Below the pieces are notes generated by a model that did not search any database, had not been told where the DNA came from, and was given only the letters and a program-made list of their open reading frames with translations. The position numbers and the translations under genes are program-made. From NCBI GenBank assembly GCA_951406725.2, contig OX597814.1, forward strand, positions 105,338,001-105,402,000: a DNA stretch of 64,000 nucleotides, read 5' to 3'. Positions 53,935 through 64,000 of the stretch are shown in pieces. Position 1 is the stretch's first letter; each line of letters starts with the position of its first letter. Origin of the DNA: Octopus vulgaris (Eukaryota).

Positions 53935-54135
53935 TTTGTATTTTATTTCATCTTCTGACCGGGTTTCAAACAGTGACCTAAGTAAGGCCTGTATACAATT
54001 AGACAGAGAGAAACTTCCCGAGAATGTGGGTGGTTGATATCAACACGAGTTTTTGAATCTCACAGATTGTTGGTTTCTCAGAGATATGGTCAAAATATTT
54101 GTCAGCACCTTTCTTGATCATTCCCAGAGCACTAT
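53935..54135 (-). pseudogene. R4/Dong-type retrotransposon 3' fragment
   Basis: ALGMIKKGADKYFDHISEKPTICEIQKLVLISTTHILGKFLSV*; (AAT)n immediately 5' on its sense strand. Confidence 0.75.
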
Positions 54136-54162
54136 TGCTATTATTATTATTATTATTATTTC

Positions 54163-54231
<69 letters not shown>

Positions 54232-54973
54232 CAGCATTGATGGTACAAATTTCATGAAAATGCACTCTCAAAGAAATTAAGACGAGTATATGACTGGTAC
54301 TTATGCTTTTGAAGTCAAAACATAAAAAATGATAGCTCATTACTCCCAAATATTTTGTCTGTCAAAAAGTGTTTTTGTAAGAACAGCAACAAAAAAAACA
54401 GACAGCAACGATAACAACAACAAATTATATTGTGAATGTTAATTTTCAAAGGTGTAAAGTATGCAATCCTCAAAACAGCACCAAATGCTCAAAACAGCAG
54501 GAAATATTGGTAGAAAAGAAGCGCATCAATTCTCTGGTGGGGTAGATGGGGAACTAATCATTATTCTTAGACACGTTGTTTACCTTTTCCAACCGCAAGA
54601 CAACGCTGTTCCGCCGCCATGATTTAAACATTTTGTAAAACAGTTATCCCCTAAATTCAATAGAAATATGACCCAAAGCAGGGGATTTCAATGCAAATAA
54701 GCTCAACCTGAAAATCCGGAAGTCGTGATAATGTTAAAATAATCTTTTATTGACTTGGAGTTTTCTTTTTTGCTTGGTTTGTTGTTGTTTTTTTTTTACC
54801 ATTTCCATTGATTGTCGTCCGGTGCCAAAGTCTGATGCCTTAACCATGAGGTGTTCAGAGTTAATATTGATTTCTTGCCTTCGGTCTGCATTCTGGGCAT
54901 TTCACACACAGAGTATGCGTCCCAGGCTAATGCCAGAGACATTTTAAAGGATTAATTATAAAAATAATGATTT

Positions 54974-54974
<1 letters not shown>

Positions 54975-55030
<56 letters not shown>

Positions 55031-55034
55031 CACT

Positions 55035-55102
<68 letters not shown>

Positions 55103-55125
55103 TAATAATAATAATAATGATGATG

Positions 55126-55183
<58 letters not shown>

Positions 55184-55206
55184 TAATAATAATAATAATG
55201 ATTATG

Positions 55207-55263
<57 letters not shown>

Positions 55264-55291
55264 TAATAATAATAATAATAATAACAATAAC

Positions 55292-55326
<35 letters not shown>

Positions 55327-55337
55327 TATTATTTTTA

Positions 55338-55424
<87 letters not shown>

Positions 55425-55425
55425 A
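54975..55425 (+). repeat. (ACT)n-(AAT)n-(ATT)n-(AGT)n array forming a quasi-palindrome
   Basis: ATAATGATTTTACTACT... on the left mirrors ...AGTAGTAAAATCATTAT on the right. Confidence 0.85.
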
Positions 55426-55444
55426 AATCATTATTTTTATAATA

Positions 55445-57009
55445 GATATGAAATTTGGATTAGAAAAATGCGCCAAAGTAACCCTGAAAAGAGGAAAACT
55501 AGTTAAGAGTAACAACATCACACAAGATAAAACCAATGAAATAAAAGAATTAGACCAAAGCCAAACTTACAAATACTTAGGAATCCATGAACTAGATAAG
55601 ACACAACACACACAAATGAAAGAGAAAATAAAAAAAGAATATTATAGACGAGTTAGATCAATACTAAACACAGAGCTCAATGCTAAAAACAAGATAATAG
55701 GTATCAACACTTTAGCTGTCCCAGTTATAAGTTACAGCTACAATATCCTTAACTGGACACGAAATGAACTGACCAAAATAGATAGGAAAACAAGAAAAAT
55801 AATGACAGGATCTAGGATGCATCACCCAAAATCTGACATAGAAAGACTATATATACAACGTATAGAAGGTGGTAGAGGCCTTATACAGCTGGAAAACTAC
55901 TATAAAATAACCACCATAGGACTGCAAAAATATCTACTTCAGAAGGAAGGAAAACTGATCCAGATAGCGGCAAAACACGAGCAAAACAAAAAACTGTTCT
56001 CAGTATTTAAGGAAGCTGACAAATACAAACAAGAAATCATACCACCTAATAAACATGAAGAAGAAGAAGAAGATGAAGAAACAACAAAAGCTATAAAACA
56101 AATGAAATCCAAACTAAAAATAGAACAGCAACGAACCATGATAAAACGATGGCAAGAAAAGCCCCTTCATGGTAAATACTGGACTAAACTAAACGCAAAA
56201 GAAATAGACAAAGAAAAATCCCAGCAATGGTTGAGAAGCTCAGGACTCAAAGCAGAAACAGAGGGATTTTTAATTGCAGCACAAGACCAAAGCCTCCCCA
56301 CCAGAAATTACCAAAAACATGTAATGAAAAGAAATATTACAAGTAACTGCAGAATATGTGGAGATGGACAAAAACAATAAATCATATTATCTCTAGCTGC
56401 CCAGTCTTGGCTAAGAAGGAATATATTCACAGACATGACAGAGTTGGGACCTACATACATTGGAAGCTATGCCAACATTATGGAATAACAACAGAAAAAA
56501 GATGGTATAGGCACACACCAGAAAAGGTCACAGAAAACGAGAAAGCAACCATACTCTGGGATATGCCGATACACAAAGATAGAGAAATTAAGGCCAACAG
56601 ACCAGATATAGTTGTCAGAGATCATGAAGAAAAAAATGCTTTCTAATTGATGTATCAATACCGGCTGATGACAACGTGTCTCTAAAAGAAATGGAGAAAC
56701 TCTCAAAATACAAAGACCTGGAAATAGAGGTAACTAGAATGTGGAATCTGAAAACAGAAACAATTCCTATCATAGTAGGTGCATTAGGCATGATAAAAAA
56801 ATATTCAGACAAATACATAACAAAAACACCAGGACTTACAAACACATATAACATACAGAAAATTGCACTACTAGGCACTGCACACATCCTACGCAGAACA
56901 CTTTCCATACAATAACCATCAGAGCATCACAACAAATCACAGCACATACCCAAGGCACACAGAGCTGTGCTCGGTAGTGAAGTGAAAGCACGCTATAAAA
57001 ATAAAACTA

Positions 57010-57012
<3 letters not shown>
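55445..57012 (+). mobile_element. R4/Dong clade non-LTR retrotransposon, 5'-truncated copy 1 (RT end, thumb, CCHC, REL endonuclease, 3' UTR)
   Basis: MKFGLEKCA...YKYLGI, HHPKSDIERLYIQRIEGGRGL, LHGKY, AAQDQSLPT, CRIC...HIISSC, RHDRV, ILWD, RPDIVV/LIDVSIP, KYKDL, IIVGALG, LLGTAHILR; ends in (AAT)n; two frameshifts. Confidence 0.93.
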
Positions 57013-57085
<73 letters not shown>

Positions 57086-57114
57086 GTAATAAAAATAATA
57101 ATAAAATAGGGGCT

Positions 57115-57256
57115 ACAATAAGGGTAGAGCACTTGCAGAAAACAGCACATACTCCGGTTGGTGTTCGAAAAGCAAGGGGTGTTACCTTAGTTCCCCGGTA
57201 GTGAACAGCTGACATCGTAGTACATTTCCAGCATTAGAAGCTGTGCAAAGGCAATA
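57115..57256 (+). pseudogene. Extreme 3' fragment of another R4-type subfamily
   Basis: IGATIRVEHLQKTAH plus UTR, located between (AAT)n and (GAA)n. Confidence 0.6.
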
Positions 57257-57369
57257 ACAAGAGGAAGAAGAAGAAGAAGAAGAAGAAGAAGAAGAAGAAG
57301 AAGAAGAAGAAGAAGAAGAAGAAGAAGAAGAAGAAGAAGAAGAAGAAGAAGAAGAAGAAGAAGAAGAAA

Positions 57370-59405
57370 CTGCATCAGGTCACGACCTGGGAAGAACAAG
57401 ATTACTCTTAAGCACAACTACCGTTGGGCAAAAGTGTAGTGCCTGTAAGCCCACCCTGAGACCTGGCATCTGGTGGGAATAAGCCTGTATCATGAGAAGA
57501 GGGATTCCTTCAGCATTTTTCGGCAACTCCTCTACAGCCACCTCAGCACCAAAATTCTCAGGAGTGAAAATGTCAAATACAAAGATATCAAACAATGGAT
57601 TGAACGAGACTTGTACTTAAATCAGTGTATACAGAGGTAGGTGTAGACTCTCAGAACCTTGGCTATCAACCCACTTAGTGACGGTGTCACGATAAAAATA
57701 CTGGTGATTGCACAACCTTATAAATGCTATCTCTCAATGAACGATGTCAGAATTAAATAATAACCACAACTGCTCTAACGGAACTAGAACTGTTAAGAAT
57801 GAAGTTGTGGCGCACGGCAGGCAGGGAGAATCTGATCAAGCTCTGGTAGGTCGTCATCAAACTATTGATTAGGAACAAAATCACAGTCAAAAGAGAAAAA
57901 GAATGAAATGGGAATAAGATGTAAACAAAAGAGTAATTAGATTGCTGGCGAGCCAAACAAAAGAGGTTTCATGAATCGAATGACGGGAATATGGGATGGA
58001 AAAGGAGGTTGTGAAGCATCTGGCCAGCGACTGATAGACCAAGCAAGAGCAATCCGTAGGAACGACTGGATTCAGAGAAACATAATAAAAAGAGCAGAAG
58101 GAGAGAGACAGAGCGGTGATGAAGGGATAAGAGATGAAGGACATGAAACAGAAATAAACCGCAGAGTACCAGAGAATACTGATAAAGTAACTAATGAAGA
58201 CGATCTAGGTCAGGGGTTCTCAAGCAGTGTCCTTGTGGCTCCTGAGGGTCCATATGAAATTTGGGAGGAGGGGGGTCAGCACAACAAAATAGTAAATTGG
58301 GGACCCACAATTATTATTTTAAGGACCCTAAAAACATTTGCTTTTGATGTATGAATTGGTATATATTGTAAGAAACAGGTTTCTTTCTCAGACATTTTGC
58401 AAACTTCAACCTACACAACTTGATAAGGGGAAAATAAAATAGGACTTTTGGAAGAAGTATCTATAAAACTAGTTTTTAAACATCGAATGACTATAGGGGT
58501 AATCAAAGGGGTAATAGTAATCAAAGGGGTCCGCAGATCCAAAAATTGGTTGAGAACCACTGATCTAGATGGACAAGTGACAGTAAGTACTGCACAAGAC
58601 TTGAATGATGACGAGAAGGAAGTTTTGGAAATGTTGCGAGGTAAAATGTCTGATGGAAACAATGAGGTACCTCGAAATGTAAGATGTGTGGACAGAAAAC
58701 ATGTGAGGAAAACTACACGGCAAAAATAGATGACATCTTAAGTTTGATTAAAACAGAAAACGTCAGGGAAACAAACCAGCCAATCACAGTTGCTACTAAC
58801 GTCGTAGCTAACATAGCAAACTACAAACGAAAAACGGAGGATATAAAAGCCAATGAAAAGAAAGAACCAAAGTGGAGGAAGAGAATAGGAATGAAGGAGG
58901 AAAAGATACGACAAGAACTGGGGTAAATGAATAGAATAAGGAGAGGAGAGCTCAAGGATAAAGTAGCAATTAGAAAATTGAATGGAGAGTACAGGTTAGA
59001 AGAAAGGGGAAAACAAACTAATGAAGAATTGACACAAACGGTGACAAGATTAAAGGCCAAATTAAAAAGATATGATGCTACATGCTAAGGTTTCGGACAG
59101 AATAGACTGTTGCAATCAAATAGAAGACGTCTGTCTGAGGAAATAGAAGGAGATCAAGGAAGTGATTCCAGATGCAAAAGTAAAGAATTTGGTGGAAGGC
59201 TGTGGGACAAGCTGGCGAGACATAAAGAAAGCATGGAGCGGCTAACAAAGGTGAAAAGATAACTTGAAACTGTACCAAGGCAAAAGGATGTCAGAATTAA
59301 TCTATATACAGCAAGACAGAAGTTTAAAAAAAATAGCAAATTGTAAAGGATCAGGCCCGGGTGGAGCACAAGGATATTGACTGAAGAACTTTACAGGGTT
59401 GCAGC
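57370..59405 (+). pseudogene. Decayed 5' half of a second R4/Rex6-like retrotransposon family
   Basis: RGFMNRMTGIW...QRLIDQARAIRRNDW; VDRK..; IKTENVRETN; KEPKWRKRI; KLKRY; GPGGAQGY*LKNFTGL. Many stops. Confidence 0.8.
58211..58562. mobile_element. hAT (Charlie-type) MITE nested in the R4 element
   Basis: TIR CAGGGGTTCTCAA / TTGAGAACCACTG; 8-bp TSD ATCTAGGT / ATCTAGAT, matching the NTCTAGAN preference. The host R4 frame resumes after removal. Confidence 0.9.
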
Positions 59406-59418
59406 AAGGATCATCATC

Positions 59419-59462
<44 letters not shown>

Positions 59463-59711
59463 TAATTATCGGAAAAGAAATGAAAAGAAATGAAATGTTG
59501 CCTATGATGTCATGCGTCCAAGGTGCATGAAATAAAGAACAGCAATATATTATGGAATCATACACAGAAATATTCAAGCATATGTACATACGCACTAACA
59601 AGCATACACACAATAGCATACACTGACACACACACAGACTGTCTCACTTTCTCTCTCAATTTCTCTCTCTCTTTCTCTCTCTTTCACACACACACACACA
59701 CATTCACATAA

Positions 59712-59937
59712 CCTATTTCTTTACTACCCACAAGGGACTGAACACAGAGGACAAACAGGGACAGACACACGGATTAAGTCGATTAGATCGACCCAAGTGT
59801 GTAACTGGTACTTCTCGACCCCGAAAGGGTGAAAAGCAAAGTCGACATAGGCGGAATTTGAACTCAAAATGTAACGGCAGACGAAATACGGCTACACATT
59901 TCGCCTGGCGTGCTAACGTTTCTGCCAGCTCGCCGCC
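59712..59937 (-). mobile_element. SINE family B, near full length
   Basis: Reverse complement of 39446-39678. Confidence 0.85.
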
Positions 59938-60476
59938 TTTACACACTCACATAACCGTCACCTCAGTATGTTTCCCTCTAATCAAAACGATGTTGGCTAC
60001 TTACGAAACATGTAGAGAATATAGTTATTTCCCTAAGAGTCGCCATCTTACTTCAAAATCAGGACAAGTATTTATTGATTGTGTTATCGGCATCGAATAT
60101 TGAAATGTGAAATATTTCAATTTTTCTAAGAACCATTCCACTGTGCGCGATAACAGAAACGTGATGCCATGGCGTCAAGGGATTCCTGTTATCGCAACAT
60201 GGGCCTTTTAATATTCTACCATTTCTTATTTCTCCTGTGATCCGTGTTGTCTGAGTGCCTCACTGGATTTGGATTATAATCCCGCCGTATTTCTGATTAA
60301 ATCAAGATCTCAGGTATTTCATGGATAATTGTTCTTTATTCTTCAAGTGAATCAGTTTCTGTGTTCTTGTGCATCGCTTTATTGGTGCAGATTATTCTTG
60401 TTCAACGTTGCTGACACCGCAAGAGTCCATTATTCACGCTCCATTGATGGCAAGACTCATTGCTTCCGTAGAGGAA

Positions 60477-60551
<75 letters not shown>

Positions 60552-60581
60552 AAGAACAACAACAACAACAACAACAACAAC

Positions 60582-60646
<65 letters not shown>

Positions 60647-60647
<1 letters not shown>

Positions 60648-62331
60648 GTTAGATCAACACTAAAAACAGAGCTCAATGCTAAAAACAAGATAATAGGTAT
60701 TAACACTTTAGCCGTCCCAGTTATAAGTTACAGCTACGATATCCTTAACTGGACGCTAAATGAACTAACCAAAATAGATAGGAAAACAAGAAAAATAATG
60801 ACAGGATTTAGGATGCATCACCCAAAATCTGATATAGAAAGGCTATATATACAACGTATAGAAGGTGGTAGAGGACTTATAAAGCTGGAAATCTACTATA
60901 AAATAACCACCATAGAACTGCAAAAATACCTACTTCAGAAACAAGGAAAACTGATACAAATAGCGGTAAAACGCGAGCAAAACAAAAAATTGTTCTCAGT
61001 ATTTAAGGAAGCTGATAAATACAAACAAGAAATCATACCACCTAACAAATATGAAGAAGAAGAAGAAGAAGAAGAAGAAGAAGAAGAAGAAGAAGAAGAA
61101 GAAGAAGAAGAAGAAGAAGAAGAAGAAGAAGAACAAGAAGAAGAACAAGAAGAAGAAGAACAAGAAGAAGAACAAGAACAAGAAGAACAAGAAGAACAAG
61201 AACAAGAACAAGAACAAGAACAAGAAGAACAAGAAGAACAAGAACAAGAACAAGAAGACGAAGAAGAACAAGAAGAACAAGAACAAGAACAAGAACAAGA
61301 AAAAGACAAAGAAGAAGAAGAACAAGAACAAGAAGAAGAAGAAGAAGAAGAAGAAGAAGAAGAAGAAGAAGAAGAAGAAGAAGAAGAAGAAGAAGAAGAA
61401 GAAGAAGAAGAAGAAAACAACAAAAGCTATAAAGTAAATGAAATCCAAACTAAAAATAGAACAGCAACGAACCATGATAAAACGATGGCAAGAAAAGCCC
61501 CTTCATGGTAAATACTGGACTAAACTAAACGCAAAAGAAATAGACAAAGAAAAATCCCAGCAATGGTTGAGAAGCTCAGGACTCAAAGCAGAGACAGAGA
61601 GATTTTTAATTGCAGCACAAGACCAAAGCTTCCCCACCAGAAATTACCAAAAACATGTAATGAAAAGAAATATAACAAGTAACTGCAGAATATGTGGAAA
61701 TGGACAAGAAACAATAAATCATATTATCTCTGGCTGCCCAATCCTGGCTAAGAAGGAATATATTCACAGACACGACAGAGTTGGGACCTACATACACTGG
61801 AAGCTATGCCAACATTATGGAATAACAACAGAAAAAAGATGGTATAGGCACACACCAGAAAAGGTCACAGAAAACGAGAAAGCAACTATTCTCTGGGATA
61901 TGCCGATACACACAGATAGAGAAATTAAGGCCAACAGACCAGATATAGTTGTCAGAGATCATGAAGAAAAAAATGCTTTCTAATTGATGTATCAATACCG
62001 GCTGATGACAACGTGTCTCTAAAAGAAATGGAGAAACTTTTAAATTACAAACATCTGGAAATAGAGGTAACCAGAATGTGGAATCTAAAAACAGAAACAA
62101 TCCCTATCATAGTAGGTGCATTAGGCATGTTAAAAAAATATTCAGACAAATACATAACAAAAACACCAGGACTTACAAACACATATAACATACAGAAAAT
62201 TGCACTACTAGGCACTGCACACATCTTACGCATCACATGTTCAATACAGTAACCATCAGAGCATCACAACAAATCATAGCACATACCCAAGGCACAGAGA
62301 GCTGCGCTCGGTAGTGAAGTGAAAGCACGCT

Positions 62332-62332
<1 letters not shown>
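60647..62332 (+). mobile_element. R4/Dong clade retrotransposon, 5'-truncated copy 2 with internal GAA/GAACAA expansion
   Basis: Colinear with 55650-56995 (same peptides); flanked by (AAT)n on both sides. Confidence 0.93.
61053..61415 (+). repeat. (GAA)n-(GAACAA)mixed-(GAA)n expansion inside the R4 ORF
   Basis: Replaces the 8-codon EEEEEDEE tract of copy 1 (~56057-56080). Confidence 0.95.
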
Positions 62333-62388
<56 letters not shown>

Positions 62389-62394
<6 letters not shown>

Positions 62395-63000
62395 GTGGAA
62401 AATGTGACCCACTTGGTAATTGGATGTGAAATCCTTGCACAAAAAGAAAACAAGCGCTGCCACTACAAAGTGTGTGTGTATCTTCGTTGGCTCTTATGCC
62501 GTAAATACCAATATGAAGTAACAGAGAACTGGTATGAGCATGTACCAAGTAAAGTTATGCGGGAGGATGGAAAAGTAACGATACTTTTGGACTATGATTT
62601 TCAGACGGATCGTGTAATCGAACATCGTTGGCCGGATATTGTCATATTGAGTAAGAGAGACAAACTGTCAGATCATTGATGTAGCCATATCAAACGACAT
62701 GAATGTTGTGAGTAAAGAGGTTGAAAAAAATCACCAAGTACTCCGAATTGAAAGTGGAAATGGCAAAACTGTATGGAATGCGAGAGGATAATGTAAATGT
62801 GATACCAGTGGTGATCGGAACGTTGGGCTCAATCCCATTGTAACTTCAAGACTTCTTAAAACAACTGGATATCCCATGCAAGATTGATGTCTTGCAAAAA
62901 GCAGCCTTATTGAGCACAGCGCACATCTAAAGGAATGTATTATCTGTCTGATGTCCTCGTTCTGACTAAAGACTCCGGTGCATTTTTACCTACACTGTGA
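62389..63000 (+). pseudogene. R4-type 3' fragment (second family): CCHC end, REL, UTR
   Basis: ENVTHLVIGCEILAQKE, WYEHVP, ILLDYDFQTDRVIEHRWPDIVI, IIDVAI, IPVVIGTLGSIP, LQKAALLSTAHI. Confidence 0.85.
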
Positions 63001-63104
63001 CAGAAGGCATGAGAATTTGGGGAGCAGTCAACTGGTACTTAGTTTTATCAACTTCGAAAATATAAAAGGCAGTTTCGACCTCGGCAGAATTTGAACTCAG
63101 GACG

Positions 63105-63680
63105 ACGACGCGGAGTTAAGAATATACTCGAAACAAAATTAATGGCGGGAATAGGATTAGAGCAATAAATGCATGGGCTACACCAATATTGAGAAAATTT
63201 GCTTCCTTTTCTAAATAGACAATGGCAGGGCCACGAAACTCGGAGAGAAGAACAAGAAAGCTGCTTAAAATGCACAACGCAGACAAGTCGATAAGTAACA
63301 ACGACAGACTCCATATACAAAAAATGAAATGGAAGGAGGCAGACGATCACTACACACAGAAGTCACCATTTGTACTGCAATATTATGGTTGAAAAATTAT
63401 GCTAAAGAAAGAATAATGTCGGCTGCCAGAGATACACAAAAAGTGACCGAAACAGTGGACAATTTTTTTTTTTAATGGGAAAACAACAAAACAAACAAAT
63501 GCAAAGGAAGGGAATTACATGACCAATTCATGTAACAAATGGGGAAGTTAGGGAGTAAAGAACGATGGACATGGGTGACGGACGGAAACCTGAAATAAGG
63601 GACCGAATCGCTAATTATAGCCACTTAGGAACAAGCTATTAGATGGAAACTCATAAAATCAGTGAACGACATTGTCTGTA
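63105..63680 (+). pseudogene. R4-type internal fragment (post-RT thumb to just before CCHC)
   Basis: RRVKNILETKL, RAINAWATPILR, WTWVTDGNLK*GTESLIIAT*EQAI parallel the copy-1 RRVRSILNTEL...GLKAETEGFLIAAQDQSL. Confidence 0.7.
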
Positions 63681-63714
63681 GAGTTTACCTCGGTATTATT
63701 GCCAGCCAAACCTC

Positions 63715-64000
63715 ACGGCGGCTAAAAACTTTTTAAAAAGCACTAGGTCCCTATTTAAAAGTTTTGGTTTTCTTCTGGAGTTTTGTTTCGACAAGGAGGT
63801 TTTTCCTTCTTGTTCAAAGACTGTCATTACCTTCGAGACAATACTTTTTGATACACCAAACATTTTGGCTGTTTTCGTTATGCTAGCACCTGCCATACGA
63901 GCACCAACAATTTGACCTCTTTGAAAGTCCGATAGATCTGTTATTTCAATGAATTTTGATTACCTTTTTCTGATGATATCTGAAAAGAAACAGCAATTTG
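63715..64000 (-). pseudogene. Tc1-like transposase N-terminal (paired HTH) fragment; element runs off the window
   Basis: TDLSDFQRGQIVGARMAGASITKTAKMFGVSKSIVSKVMTVFEQEGKT...SRRKPKLLNRD. Confidence 0.85.

Noticed and set aside
60369-61511. 380-aa ORF, the longest in the window
   Set aside because: Chance fusion of flanking DNA, (AAT)/(AAG)/(AAC) repeats, an R4 fragment and the GAA expansion; not a gene.

Overview
AT-rich eukaryotic DNA that is almost entirely repeats. The SINE families and extreme microsatellite load resemble an octopus/coleoid cephalopod genome (inference from recalled repeat families, not a database search). I found no credible host protein-coding exon; almost all ORF-track entries are translated microsatellites or transposon remnants. 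Supported content: (i) R4/Dong-type non-LTR retrotransposons with a restriction-like endonuclease, inserted in (AAT)n arrays and clustered at 52.6-63.7 kb, with two well-preserved 5'-truncated sister copies; (ii) a HERO-like fragment and RTE fragments; (iii) many Penelope-like element (PLE) remnants, including a Neptune-type GIY-YIG element, outward-facing inverted pLTR ends, palindromes and about ten intact-to-decayed type I hammerhead ribozyme motifs; (iv) at least five tRNA-derived SINE families; (v) Tc1/mariner, hAT-Charlie and Kolobok-like DNA elements and MITEs. Best novelty candidate: a PLE terminal repeat at 4.3-5.1 kb that carries a tRNA-derived Pol III promoter upstream of its hammerhead, possibly a Penelope-mobilised SINE/retrozyme. 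Second candidate: the same -1 frameshift on an A_AAA_AAT heptamer inside the endonuclease motif of both R4 copies. All alignments and folds were done by eye, and coordinates of decayed repeats are approximate.
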